Shown: positions 1-11,160 of the stretch, piece by piece
Layout of the letters: each line of letters opens with the position of its first letter
Numbering within the stretch: position 1 is the stretch's first letter
Assembly (NCBI GenBank): GCA_010093745.1
Contig: MU005964.1
Location: 124,001-188,000, forward strand
DNA: 64,000 nt
Reading direction: 5' to 3'
Origin: Piedraia hortae CBS 480.64
Lineage: Eukaryota
Position numbers and translations under genes: made by a program
The notes under the pieces: generated by a model
What the model saw: only the letters and a program-made list of their open reading frames with translations
What the model was told of the DNA's origin: nothing
Databases searched by the model: none

Positions 1-735
1 ACGAGATACGTCGTGCGAATAAGCAGTTCTCTTGATCAAGACTACATTGACAACATGAAGTACATTCACGATACCCTACCTTCCTTCCCAACGCCACGCT
101 GCCTCGGAGTCATCGCCACAGATCTTAGAACTTACCTCTTCATGACGCGAGCAGAGGGCAAAACTCTAGAAAGCACATGGCCGTATCTTTCGATTGCAGA
201 CAAAGTCTCCGTGCAGAAGCAGCTTGAGGCTGTCCTTCAGCCCTTGCGTGATTTACGTTTTGATCGGGAACAGCATAGTCTCGGAAGTTTTGGTTCCGGT
301 CTTTGCAAGGATGTGAGGAGAAAAGAGCGTGTTTCCGAGAGTCGGATATGGAGTGAAGACGAGTTTAATGACTTTTTGTGTTTCTCCGGAGAGAAGAAGC
401 GGACACAGTGGATGGAAATGATTCGCACGGCTATGGGAGATGGGAGCCATCGTATTGTGGCTACGCATGGAGACCTACATCCACGGAATATTATGGTTAC
501 TTATGATGGCACTGGGGCAGAGGGGGTTAAGGAGGGCAGTGTGCGTGTCTCGGCGTTGATTGACTGGGACGCCGCAGGCTGGTACCCTGAGCATTGGGAG
601 TTTGTCAAAGCTTTAGGCACAACAACCCCTCGAGGTCTGCTGCGCGACTGGATCAATTATATTCCTTATGCGGCGATTGGTCGATATGTTCCTGAATATG
701 GGCTAGACTGCGTCCTTGATCGGTGGCTTGGTTGA
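1..735 (+). CDS. Aminoglycoside phosphotransferase (APH)/choline-kinase-like protein, 5'-truncated by the window edge
   Basis: Frame is open from base 1. It has the Brenner-type motif THGDLHPRNIMV, ALIDWDAAGWYPEHWE and YLFMTRAEG, typical of fungal APH-family kinase-like proteins. Confidence 0.85.
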   Translation, partial: TRYVVRISSSLDQDYIDNMKYIHDTLPSFPTPRCLGVIATDLRTYLFMTRAEGKTLESTWPYLSIADKVSVQKQLEAVLQPLRDLRFDREQHSLGSFGSGLCKDVRRKERVSESRIWSEDEFNDFLCFSGEKKRTQWMEMIRTAMGDGSHRIVATHGDLHPRNIMVTYDGTGAEGVKEGSVRVSALIDWDAAGWYPEHWEFVKALGTTTPRGLLRDWINYIPYAAIGRYVPEYGLDCVLDRWLG

Positions 736-1554
736 ACTTGGATGTATAATTCGAGTTAGAAACTCGCAAATGTCATCAATCTCCTCGGGTTCTTTGAACC
801 AATGACCCTCTTTATCAGCACCGGAGTATTCCTTCCACTCCGAGGGAATGCCTACTTTGGCCATGGTCCGGGATGCTTGCCTGCCGAGCTCAATGTCGAC
901 GTAAGCATCGTCGATGCCATGTCCGAAGAAAAGCGGCGTTTGATTGCCGGCGCTTTTGTGGTCTCTCCTGGCATCACCCATCATCGATTCCACGAAATCG
1001 TCATAAGTTCCGTCTTCAGACACCGCTTGAGCATGATCATCCTTGGCGAAAAGACGCTCAATATTCTCCGCAAACGGCAACCAAGTGCTCGCTACGAACA
1101 CAGCACCCAGCTCCTTGTTGCGGCAAAGCAACGTCCACAAGGCAACAGCACCACCCTGACTGATACCTCCTAGTACTAATCCCTTCTCACCAACACTTTC
1201 TGGCAGCAGCTTTAACTCGTCCTGGATTAACTTTGAGATATTATTGACCGCATCACGAATGCCTTGAATCTGCAGTTCCTGCCGCGCCTTCGTGTCTGTA
1301 AGAGAGTGGGCTTCAAACCAGGCCGGAATCTCTTCCTGAAACGCCGTGCTCCAAAGCTCTGCAGACGAAGGAAACACCCAGCGCCAGCCTGGAAGCTTGC
1401 TGCATAGGAAATTGTCCGGAGTTGAGAAGAATTCGGTAGCAAATTCTTCGCCATTGCTCCCTCGTCCGTGCAGCACAATTGCCGTGTTGGTGTGCTGTGA
1501 TGTCGGTGGAACAATGTGCGTGGGCCCAAATGAGGGTTGGGTTTCAGCTGGCAT
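703..1554 (-). CDS. Phospholipase/carboxylesterase (acyl-protein thioesterase-like alpha/beta hydrolase)
   Basis: 283-aa intronless ORF with VLHGRGSNG, nucleophile GGISQGG, FGHGIDD and GHW (Ser-Asp-His triad). Confidence 0.9.
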   Translation of the reverse strand: MPAETQPSFGPTHIVPPTSQHTNTAIVLHGRGSNGEEFATEFFSTPDNFLCSKLPGWRWVFPSSAELWSTAFQEEIPAWFEAHSLTDTKARQELQIQGIRDAVNNISKLIQDELKLLPESVGEKGLVLGGISQGGAVALWTLLCRNKELGAVFVASTWLPFAENIERLFAKDDHAQAVSEDGTYDDFVESMMGDARRDHKSAGNQTPLFFGHGIDDAYVDIELGRQASRTMAKVGIPSEWKEYSGADKEGHWFKEPEEIDDICEFLTRIIHPSSTKPPIKDAV

Positions 1555-1737
1555 GGTTCAGTCTGGAGAGTTCGCCGGAGGATTGAAGTTGTTGCTGTGG
1601 AGGCAAGGTTCCATGTTACACTGGTTCGGTCACACGTGCAGATGTGATGACAGATGGCTGTATGAACATCACAACGGCCTTCTGTGCAGTGGCGTCATGT
1701 CACATCCCACTGACAGCTGCATCATGACTCTTCAGAC

Positions 1738-2364
1738 ATGCCCCCTACACCAGCCCCCGAACCGCAGTGGATCCTCATCCTAACTGGCCCAGCCGGCAGC
1801 GGCAAGACTACCGTCGCCAAATGGCTCGCATCACAGCTTCAATGGCCCTATCTCGAGGGCGACACCGTAAACATATTCCCCAAACCACCGCCCTCCAAAT
1901 TAACGTAGCAGTTCCACCCGCCAGCCAACATCTCAAAGATGGCCTCTGGCGTGCCCCTCACCGATGCTGACAGATGGGACTGGCTGATCACCATCCGCGA
2001 AAGCGCGCTAGCCGCCCTCCAAACCTCCTCACCCCCAAAGGGAGTGGTAGTAACCTGCTCCGCTCTGAAGAAGAAATACCGCGACGTGCTACGCATCGCG
2101 GGCTACCACCACCCCACCATCCACATCCACTTCATCTACCTCCACGTCTCCGAAGAAACCATCCGGGAGCGCGTACGCGCCCGCCAGGGCCATTACATGA
2201 AGCTCGACATGGTGCACGGCCAATTCGAAGCCCTCGAAGATCCTGATAACGACGAACATGACACAACAACAATCGAAGCTAGTGAAAGTCTGCCCAAAGT
2301 GGAAGAAAAGGTCATGTCAACCGTCACGAAAATTTTTAGCCCTCCTTCCTCCTCTTACTGCTAG
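1738..2364 (+). CDS. Gluconokinase (GntK/IdnK type)
   Basis: Exon 1738-1866 encodes P-loop GPAGSGKTT and YLEGD. Intron 1867-1911 (GTAAAC...TAGCAG). Exon 1912-2364 encodes FHPPANISKMASGVPLTDADRWDWL, CSALKKKYRD and HYMK...QFEALEDP. Confidence 0.92.
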
Positions 2365-2956
2365 TAGTAACCTCGCCGCCTATTCCTGCGACAGCTTCGC
2401 TAACGAGGTTCCTGAGCTCTTGCTGACCTGCTGGGGATTGAAAGTCCTCGCGCGCGGCTAGGTCGTTGATCCTTTGGCGGAACGTAGGGTCCGCTTCCCC
2501 TGCGCTGTTGACGTCCATGACGCCGACGTTGATTTGCATTCCGCTTGGTAGTCGGAGCGGTTCGGGTGTAGACGTAGCTGTTTCGTCGGGGTTTTTGAGG
2601 TATGCTGCAACGAGGGGCTGTTCGTCTTCGTCATCGAGTTTGTCCGCGGCGGTTTGGCCTTCGCTGTTCGTTGCGGAGAAGTCGATTCCGAGGGTTAGGA
2701 GTTGCTTCGCCATGTCGACGCTCTCGGCGTTGAAGAGCGCCGTTTCGCCATCTTCGTCGCGGAGGTTGATGTCTACGTGGTAGTCTTTTATGAGGGCGTT
2801 GACGAGGTCGGCGTGGTCGTAGGATACGGCGGCGTGGAGGAGACTGTAGCCGTGAGCGTCTTGGCGGGAGGCTAGCTCTGGCGCTTCGTGCAGTTGCTTC
2901 AGGACCTCATCAGGGGAATCAGGGACCTGGGTCAGCAGGTCGTCGATTGATGGCAT
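2336..2956 (-). CDS. Ankyrin-repeat protein
   Basis: 206-aa ORF with QDAHGYSLLHAAVSY, RDEDGETALF and TNSEGQTAAD ankyrin repeats. Confidence 0.85.
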   Translation of the reverse strand: MPSIDDLLTQVPDSPDEVLKQLHEAPELASRQDAHGYSLLHAAVSYDHADLVNALIKDYHVDINLRDEDGETALFNAESVDMAKQLLTLGIDFSATNSEGQTAADKLDDEDEQPLVAAYLKNPDETATSTPEPLRLPSGMQINVGVMDVNSAGEADPTFRQRINDLAAREDFQSPAGQQELRNLVSEAVAGIGGEVTTSSKRRKEG

Positions 2957-3023
2957 TGTTAAAAGTTTGGAGAGAAAATTATAAGAGTCACGTCACGGTC
3001 ACAACCAGATTTCCCGGTGCCAT

Positions 3024-3702
3024 CTACTCTTCTACAATATGTCCCTTTTCGGACACATACAGACCGTCCAGAAACTTCCGGATATCCTTGTTGCGAACCC
3101 TGCAGATCTGTTGAATGTCGGCCGCCGACTGTGACACGTTCTCGATCGAGTTGCCCGACAGTTCGATCTGGTCCTTTACGTTTTTCGACGCCACGATCTC
3201 CACGCCAGGACGCAGTATCACCCTGCGAACGAGCTTCTCTCCAAGGAAATTACTGCCGTTGTTAGCCCTATCCATCTCACTTCCCTCTACGTTACCCACC
3301 GAATCTCGACCTCCCACAATCCCGTCTCCTTGTTATTCTCGAGGCCGACATTGATGGGAAAGTGAGCGTATACGAAACGCATCTTGTACTTGAATCCCTT
3401 GGTGACACCGATGATCATGTTGTTTATAATCGTGCGAACCGTACGGAGAGCGGCGACGTTCTTGCGCACGCCATGGTGAAGCTCAATTGCCAGACGGCTC
3501 TTGTCGACCTGTTTAAACGAGACAGAAAGGTGGCCGAGGTTATTGGTGAGCTTGCCGCGCGGGCCTTCGACAGTTACCAGGCGGGACTTGATGTTGACCT
3601 TTACTGCTTCGTGTCAGCTTTTTGCCTGCTGTGGTTTCTGCACGGCTACAACGCACCGCCTTCCGGAATGTCCAGCGTCTCTTCGGAATGAATGTAGCGC
3701 AT
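3024..3702 (-). CDS. RPL9: 60S ribosomal protein L9 (uL6)
   Basis: Exons 3702-3657, 3603-3300 and 3252-3024 with GT-AG introns. Translation gives [38 protein letters not shown] and [17 protein letters not shown]. Confidence 0.97.
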
Positions 3703-3942
3703 CTTGACCGGTTCGCGCACGTGGGTGTGTGGGTGGTTTTGATGGCCGTGGTGCGTTTCTCCCAGTGCCAAGAATCGAAATTCCGCTCCTGGTCTGTGCG
3801 CAAACGTCACATTGCCCCGCTGCATCACATTGTCACTTCACCCCGCTTGAGCTGACGGCATTGATACACGAACCTCTATCTAACAACCTGCAAAGTAGAT
3901 GACAATCCACCAGATTACTTAAAAGAAGAGCCCCCCAATCAC

Positions 3943-6900
3943 CTAATCGAAAACATCAACGCTATACCTCACATTCCGAATCGACTGGAACCATTGTTCC
4001 GCCTTCTCATCCGCCTTGTCCCCGCAAGCCTTCTTGGCCTCGTCCTTGGCCACATCCACACACGCGCTCTTGACGCTCTCCCCGAGCCCTCTGCTGCCGC
4101 ACACATATGCCCTGGCTCCGTCCTCCCAGAGTTTAGCCAGCAACTCTGCATCACGACGGATGAGCTCATCAATGTGCTTACACCCATGCGAGAGCTCGGG
4201 GGCCTGTGAGTAAGCGCGATGAATAACAACAGCGCCCATGTCCTGCCAATTGCCCAGCTCGTCGGCGTAGAGACTATCCCTATCGGGATGGCGACATCCA
4301 TAGTACAAATGCGCTGGTGCGAGCTTGCGTCCCGCCCCTATCATAGCGGCGCGTTCCTGGATGAATCCGTGGAAGGGTGCTAGGCCTGTTCCCGCGCAGA
4401 ACATGACGATGGGTGTATTCTCCGGGTCGGCGGGTAGGTGGAAGGCCTTGTGGCTTGGTTTTACGGCCACGTGGACTATATCTCCCGCCGAGAGCTTCGA
4501 GAGGTAGGTTGAGGCTACGCCTTCGTAGCGTCCCGTGCCACTAAGGGATTCAGCGTTGAGAACGTCGTAGGTTAGGCTAACGCTACGGGGGTAGGCGAGC
4601 GGTGAGGACGAGATGCTGTATTGTCGTACGCGCATCGTGATCAAGGCGCTGACAAAAGCGTTTAGGGGGAGGTTGATCTTGGGATACCGCTCAAGGAGTT
4701 CCAGGAGGGTGACGCGTTTGTTTGTGATTTCGGCTTGGAAGTCCTCTTGGAGGATCGCTTGGAGGGATTTCTTGGTGGCTTCGTCTGCTGCTGCTTCGAG
4801 TAGCATTGACACCCCGCGCTTGGTTGCAGGTTGGCCGAGTTCGACATAGGCGGAGAAGAGATCGTGGGCGCTGATGGGATGGTCGGTGGGCAGTTTGGTG
4901 CTGCTTGAGCATGAAATGTTGAGCAGTGCGTCCCAGGAGAGCTGGAATCGCTGCATTGCCCGACGGACTGTGTCTTCTGGATTGAGCGGTAGGACAGCAA
5001 GGTAGTCTCCTGCGCTATAAGTCATGTCTGTGGGCAGTTGGATCTCAGTATGTCGCTTCTCCCGCTCACCGGGCTTGGTCAGCACCTTTGTGGCTGTGAC
5101 CTTGCCGTCAGACACATCAGCTCGCAGCTGCGAAGCCCTCTTGTTGGTTACGGAGATGGTGAGGTTGCTGCTGAGAAGGGCGCCATCCGCATCACTGTCT
5201 CCCGTCTTGTACTTGCTCTGCAACGCGGGCCAAAGCACCTCGTCCTCCCACGTCTGGAAGACAGAGAGCATGTCGCCCTCTGCGGCATTTGCAAGACCAA
5301 TATCGCAGATCCTCTTACCGCCGTGCTCAGCGAGCGTTTGGTCAGTGGTCAGTGGAATGCGATGGAAGGTCTGCTTCCAATCTGAGTGTCCACAGCCAAA
5401 GACGACGTAGTTGCAGTCAAGCTTCTCGTCATCCTTGAGGTTCATGATCCAGTCGTAAAAGTGTGCAGCATTGTCGGTTGGCTGACCCTCGTAACTTGCA
5501 GTAACGATGACTACCGGCTCATTGCTGGGCAACGAATGGATGGCTGAGTCAAGGGTATCCACCTTGGACGCTTTGAACCCATGGGCAACCGCATCAGCTG
5601 CGATGGTCTGTGCAAATGCCTCACACGTTCCGCTGTTGCTGCCATACAGAATCGTCATTGGCTGGGCATTGGCTTTTGGCTGAGCTGCAGGAGCGGCGGC
5701 AATGTTCTTGGTACCGGCACCTTTTGCGAATCCAGCAAGACTCTGCTCAAGCTTGGTCGCCGTCCAGCCCTCTCGGAGCGAGGCACGCATGAAGAAATCC
5801 TTGGGCTTGATGGTAAGCGTGCTCTTGATCTCGAGATCATACTGCGGATCCTCAAGGCGGAACTGGAAGTACTGCATCAGCATTGCAGTCACCATTGTTG
5901 CTTCCTGGATGGCAAAAGGACGACCAATGCAGCCTCGTGCACCGTTGCCAAAGGGTTTCCAGGATCCCGGAGGGAGTTTGTTAAAGTTCTCGTCCAACAT
6001 CCTCTCCGGCTTCCACTCTTCGGCATCAGCACCATACACAGCCGGGTCGCGATGGACTGCGTGGAGGAGAGCGAAGATTCTCTCACCAGACTGAACATGA
6101 TATTGGCCGCCCAAAATCTCGCCGTGCTCAGACATGGGCGTGACGGTGAAGCCCGGAGCTGTAGGCTGCAGACGTAGAGTTTCACGAATGCAGGCCGTGA
6201 TATAAGGCAGCTTGCTCAGGTGTTGAACCTGGATGCTCTCTGTGCCAAGGACCTTGTCGACTTCTGCCTGGGCTTTGCGATATGCCTCTGGAGTCTTCAA
6301 GAGGTAGTAGAAGAGAAAACTGAGGAGACCACTGGTAGTTTCCTGCTCAAAGTCAGCATGTACAGACCAAACTTAGAGTTCAAACTCACGTGTCCCGCAA
6401 TCAAAAAAGTAATCATTTGATCAATGATGTTGGAATGCTCCAACTTCTTACCCGTCTTGGGGTCCTTTCCTTGCAGCATGGTGTTCAACAAATCCTTCTC
6501 GTCCTTGGGATGCTCAAGGCGAGTATCAATGATTGACTGGCTTAACTTGCGCATGTAGTCGATGTCGTCGAAGAACTCCTTGTCCTCAGCACGATTGAAA
6601 GGGGCAAGATAGGCTGGCCTGCGTTGTCGGGATCCACCAATTTTCAAGAATCCCACCATGGCATTGATAAAAGGATGCATCTCATCCTTGTAGAAGCTGT
6701 TGAAACGATAGTCCATTGCACAGAGAGCCAGTGTATCCAGAGTCAGACGGGTAAAGTCGTCTGTCACTGGCATCACATAGTCCCCTCCGTACCTGGCAAG
6801 CTTGAGGACAAGCTGGCTAGCAATCTGCCCATCATTAGCATTGATCATTCGAAAATATGGAGTCTACTTACGTCCTTCATTTGGTCAAACATATGTGTAA

Positions 6901-7258
6901 CGCTTAAAGGACCAAGTGCAGGAACCAGGACTCTGTGAGCAATGTGCCAATTCTCCTCCGAGCTGTAAGCTGTGAAAAGGCCATCATGGATACCATTACG
7001 AAGCTCCTTGAGTGCGCCCTCAACAGTCTTATGGAAACGCTTCTCATCACACGCCTCAGCCATTAGCCGCTGAGACGCAATGACAATAGTCTTCTTTCCA
7101 AACACATGGAAGCTGTAAATCTCGCCATACTTGAGAGCTAGGTGTTGGAGAGAGCTGATTGGAATATCAGGATCGATATCAAAAACGTTTCCAACGATTG
7201 GATAGCCCGGAACTTGAGGTATGGGCTCCGTTTGTTTGGAATCGATTGGAGTTGTCAT
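3943..7258 (-). CDS. CYP505: Bifunctional cytochrome P450/NADPH-P450 reductase (CYP505, P450foxy/BM3-like fatty acid hydroxylase)
   Basis: Exons 7258-6872, 6824-6390 and 6342-3943. Motifs: I-helix AGHETT (across intron 2), ETLR, heme motif FGNGARGCIG, FMN domain YGSNSGTCE, FAD/NADPH domain RQYSISSS, AGTGLAPFHGF and C-terminal YSVDVFD. Confidence 0.96.
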
Positions 7259-7587
7259 GTTTTTTAGTTGTCCAAAGCTACTGACTCGACTCGTCTTTAT
7301 AGACGGTTCGGAAGATAACGGTTCGATGCTATCCGTTATTCCGGTCGCAGAGCCCCTTACTGCACTGGCCGTTGATGTATGCATCCCGAGTACCTCGGTA
7401 AAAAGTACAGATGGACCGGGCCGTGTAAAACCGTTCTCCCGGAAGCTTAAGTCCTGAGTGGGAAGTTCTGCTACCTACAAATCGTTGTGAAAGGGCTATG
7501 CGGTGCGGGAAAGAGGACTATATTATGAAAATGACACCGTAGATGCTACACTGCATGGAAAAGCGATTTTGTCCAAGAATGGGAAAA

Positions 7588-9312
7588 ATGCCGCACCTTT
7601 TGACGTTATGGTCCCTGTGGTTGGCGGCTGTGGCTCTTGCAGCGCCCACCCAGGTGCCCTTGAACGAAAATCAGGTACAAGTTACGAAAAGCAAAAATTC
7701 CAGAAAACTGCATGGCCGATTTTTGCACATCACCGACTTTCATCCTGATCAATTTTACAAAGTCCATTCCAAGACAGACGGCGATGCCTCCTGTCACCAT
7801 GGCCACGGTTCAGCAGGTCGACTGGGCTCGGAAATCAGCGACTGCGACAGTCCCTACAGCCTCGTCAACAAGACCTTTGACTGGATAGACAAAAACCTCA
7901 AAAACCAAATCGACTTTGTGGTCTGGACGGGCGACTCGGCACGTCACGATAACGACGAGAAAATCCCCCGAACCGCAAAACAGGTCATCAGCTCCAACGA
8001 ATTCATGATCTCCAAATGGACCGAAGTCTTCGGCACGCACGACGACGACACCAATCCCTATAACGACTACACCATTCCCATCATCCCTGCCATCGGCAAC
8101 AATGACATCCTCCCACACAACATCATGCGCCGCGGTCCCTCAAGCTGGACCTCCACGTACGCGAAAATGTGGCGCTCCTTCATCCCAGAGTCCCAAGACC
8201 ACCAATTCCAACAAGGCGCATGGTTCTACGTCGAAGTGATCCCCAACAAACTCGCCGTCTTCAGCCTGAACACAATGTACTTTTTCGAAAAAAACGGCGC
8301 AGCCGACGGGTGTGCGACCCCCGGCGAAGCCGGCTACCGTCAATTTGAATGGCTACGCACGCAACTCCAATTCCTCCGCGACCGTGGTGTAAAAGCTCTA
8401 ATATCCGGCCACGTGCCACCGATACGCACGGAAGCGAAGACGCTATGGGATGAAACTTGCTGGCAAAAGTACACCCTCTGGATGCACCAGTTCCGGGATA
8501 TCATCATTGGAAGCCTCTACGGACACAACAACTACGATCACTTCATCCTGCAGGATACCCACTCCCTCCTCAAAGATACCAAACGAGGGAAAGTGAAACC
8601 CTCTCTAGAGGGCGTCCACTCGTCCCTCTCATCAGACTACTGGCTGTCGTTACGAGACGAAATGTCCTCCCTCCCCAAGAAACCCAAATCCCTCTCGTGG
8701 CCCACTACCGCGGGCCACGACAAGGAAACCCTCCGAGAAAGGAAATTCTTCCATAAAATCGGCGGGCCATGGGCAGAGAACTTCTCCGTCTCGTTCCTCG
8801 GACCGAGCGTCGTGCCGGTTACGTATCCTACTCTGCGAGTTTACGAGTATAATACTACAGGGTTGGGGGATCTTGACTCCCTGACCCCCACGTGGAAGCG
8901 GCATAGGAAACATCAGAAGAAGAAGAAGAAGAAGAAGAAGAAGAAGAAGGGGAGGAGGAAATATAAGTTTACGGTCCCCAATCCCCCGGAGGAGGGGAAG
9001 GAGCCGGGTCCGGGGTATAAACCCCAGACGTTGACCTTAATCGGGTATCAGCAGTTCTTCGCGAATTTAACGGAGATTAATCGCGGAGCGGAGTTTGGGT
9101 TTCAGCTCTACTATGATACCCGTCGCGACGCCGTTTACGGGCTGAGGGACCTGACCGTCCCAAGGGTGCTAGACCTCGCGATGCGAATTGGACGATACAG
9201 TCCTCCAAAAAACAAAAAGGATATAGTGAGGAAGAGGAATAAACCCTGGAGAGAGTTCATCACCCGCGCGTACATGAATACTTCTACACCTGAAGATATT
9301 GAACATCTATAA
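7588..9312 (+). CDS. PPN1: Endopolyphosphatase (calcineurin-like metallophosphoesterase)
   Basis: N-terminal hydrophobic segment, then LHGRFLHITDFHPD, WTGDSARHDND, IGNNDILPHN, GHVPP and YGHNNYDHF. The start may be ATG 7579 or 7588. Confidence 0.93.
   Translation: MPHLLTLWSLWLAAVALAAPTQVPLNENQVQVTKSKNSRKLHGRFLHITDFHPDQFYKVHSKTDGDASCHHGHGSAGRLGSEISDCDSPYSLVNKTFDWIDKNLKNQIDFVVWTGDSARHDNDEKIPRTAKQVISSNEFMISKWTEVFGTHDDDTNPYNDYTIPIIPAIGNNDILPHNIMRRGPSSWTSTYAKMWRSFIPESQDHQFQQGAWFYVEVIPNKLAVFSLNTMYFFEKNGAADGCATPGEAGYRQFEWLRTQLQFLRDRGVKALISGHVPPIRTEAKTLWDETCWQKYTLWMHQFRDIIIGSLYGHNNYDHFILQDTHSLLKDTKRGKVKPSLEGVHSSLSSDYWLSLRDEMSSLPKKPKSLSWPTTAGHDKETLRERKFFHKIGGPWAENFSVSFLGPSVVPVTYPTLRVYEYNTTGLGDLDSLTPTWKRHRKHQKKKKKKKKKKKGRRKYKFTVPNPPEEGKEPGPGYKPQTLTLIGYQQFFANLTEINRGAEFGFQLYYDTRRDAVYGLRDLTVPRVLDLAMRIGRYSPPKNKKDIVRKRNKPWREFITRAYMNTSTPEDIEHL
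8917..8949 (+). repeat. (AAG)11 coding microsatellite encoding poly-lysine in PPN1
   Basis: Eleven perfect AAG units read in frame as K11. Confidence 0.95.
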
Positions 9313-9336
9313 ATTTTTTACAGAGAACAGATGTGT

Positions 9337-11112
9337 TCAGGATTTGAGACTGCGAAGAGTATCCTTCGCGGTCGCGATTTTCATTCCAATGCGGGTGTCA
9401 AGGTCGTAGGATTCCCAGTGTTCGGCTATGTGGAGCTCTTCGGTGCATTTTTTGAGGAGGGTGGGGTCTCCCTCCCCGTGGGAGGATAAGACCCAGTAAC
9501 ATGCTGCTAACTCGTAATGGGTAACGGGTAGGACCCATGTGTCTGGGTGGGGACAGAGTTTGAGGTTTGAGGATTGGAAGGTGGAGATTATTTCCGTGTA
9601 GGCCTCTTTGGCGCGTTGGATTTCGCCGGAGAAGCGGAGACAGGCTGCTTTGAGGAAGGAATGAAGGGCCTTTTCATCAGCGATGTCGGGGACGGGGACT
9701 GTGTCGAGTTGTTTGAGACAGACGTTAAGTTGGGAGGTATTCATTTGGCGGAGACCCGGCCAGAAATAGTCCATTTCGACTGTGGGTGAGACACCGACTG
9801 CGTCGACGAGACGGCAATTTCTGTCTTTGGCGCGGGTTTCCCATTTGTTGATTTTTCGGGTTACGAACAAATCAAAGGGCATTTGGCGGCCCATGAAGTT
9901 TCTGCCGCTGTGGGACATGGCTTTTTGGAGGTATTTATCTACTTTGGCGGCGTGTTTGTCGGCTTTTTCGGGGTGTTCGGTCTTACGGGATCGGTAGAGC
10001 TCTACGTGGCTGATGCCAGCCATGTAATAGTATACTGCCCGCGACCAGTTGTTTAGTTTGGAACATTCGACGAAGCTATCCGCACATTCGTGGTAGCGGT
10101 GGATGAACATGAAGTTTAAGCTGCGCTCAAAGACTCGTAAGGCTTCGACTTGTTGCATGTGTGCGTCTTGACTGGCGCTCTTTTCAATGGCAATGGCTGC
10201 TTTTTCCAATTCGCGGTTGGCTGCGTGCATGCGGGCTTCTTCCATTTGCCACAATTTGGATTCGGGGTAGATTTGCTGCATCTCGTGCATTAAATTTGCG
10301 AGCCTGGACCTTGGTAGTGCGTCTTTGGGCAGGATATCGCAGACGGCTACGATTCCGTTGAACCAGGCCATCAGGGCAAGCCCGGCTAACGCCCCGTTGA
10401 TGTTGTCTTTGTATTTTGTTGCGTCCCAAAGCATTCGAAGGCCAGCCTCACGGTCACCTCGGAATGAGAAAAGAGACAATAACTTTGCAAAAGTTGGTGG
10501 AATCATGGAAAGTATCAACTGTAAAATGCCATAACAAGCCGCCGTGCCTGAATGGATAAAGATGTCAATTGGATTAGAAGTTATGTCGGTGACAGCTTTC
10601 CCACTATGAGCTTGAAGGGACTTTGTCTCGGCAGTGTTGATCGTATGCAACGTGTTGAACGCCTTGCGTAGCTTGAAGAATCCCTTCAAGCCTTCGCTGA
10701 GGTTTTCACTCAATACCGAAACAACAGCAGACATTAGCTGGGCTTCTGCTTGGCAGAGAGCATACTCGGTCCCAGCTGGATAAACGGCACTTTTATAAGC
10801 AGTAGACGGATCTTTCACCGCTCTCGCCTGATGACTGTAAGCCAGCTTCTCTGCCTCTGCTAATTTCGCGCTAGCCTCAGCCATCATATTCTTTTCAAAG
10901 CCAAGTGTGGCCTGCAGGAACAAGGTGATACCGAGACCCAGAGCATGGAACGGCGAGGTGCCTTTTGATAGCTCCTCTTTGGCCTGGTGGACCTGATCGT
11001 TCATGATCAGGTTCCCACCTGCCATCACCTCGGCCAGAGCCCTGGCCTCGTCCTCTGCGGACAAGACAGGCTCTCCAGAAACTGACGGCTTCAGTCCTAT
11101 CCAGCGCAACAT
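9337..11112 (-). CDS. IML2: Iml2/TTC39-family protein
   Basis: FLQATLGFE, YPAGTEYALCQAEAQLMSAVV, KGFFKLRKAF, DIFIHSGTAACYGILQL and WESYDLDTRIGMKI match fungal Iml2. First ATG at 11112. Confidence 0.85.
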   Translation of the reverse strand: MLRWIGLKPSVSGEPVLSAEDEARALAEVMAGGNLIMNDQVHQAKEELSKGTSPFHALGLGITLFLQATLGFEKNMMAEASAKLAEAEKLAYSHQARAVKDPSTAYKSAVYPAGTEYALCQAEAQLMSAVVSVLSENLSEGLKGFFKLRKAFNTLHTINTAETKSLQAHSGKAVTDITSNPIDIFIHSGTAACYGILQLILSMIPPTFAKLLSLFSFRGDREAGLRMLWDATKYKDNINGALAGLALMAWFNGIVAVCDILPKDALPRSRLANLMHEMQQIYPESKLWQMEEARMHAANRELEKAAIAIEKSASQDAHMQQVEALRVFERSLNFMFIHRYHECADSFVECSKLNNWSRAVYYYMAGISHVELYRSRKTEHPEKADKHAAKVDKYLQKAMSHSGRNFMGRQMPFDLFVTRKINKWETRAKDRNCRLVDAVGVSPTVEMDYFWPGLRQMNTSQLNVCLKQLDTVPVPDIADEKALHSFLKAACLRFSGEIQRAKEAYTEIISTFQSSNLKLCPHPDTWVLPVTHYELAACYWVLSSHGEGDPTLLKKCTEELHIAEHWESYDLDTRIGMKIATAKDTLRSLKS

Positions 11113-11160
11113 TGTCAAAACCTACACCACCAGTAGCCATAGTGATGATGTCGTGAGTTG

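Noticed and set aside
703..9312. Possible secondary-metabolite cluster around CYP505, the esterase and the kinase
   Set aside because: No PKS, NRPS or terpene backbone gene in the window, and the genes are interspersed with RPL9 and PPN1. Sequence left of the window is unseen.
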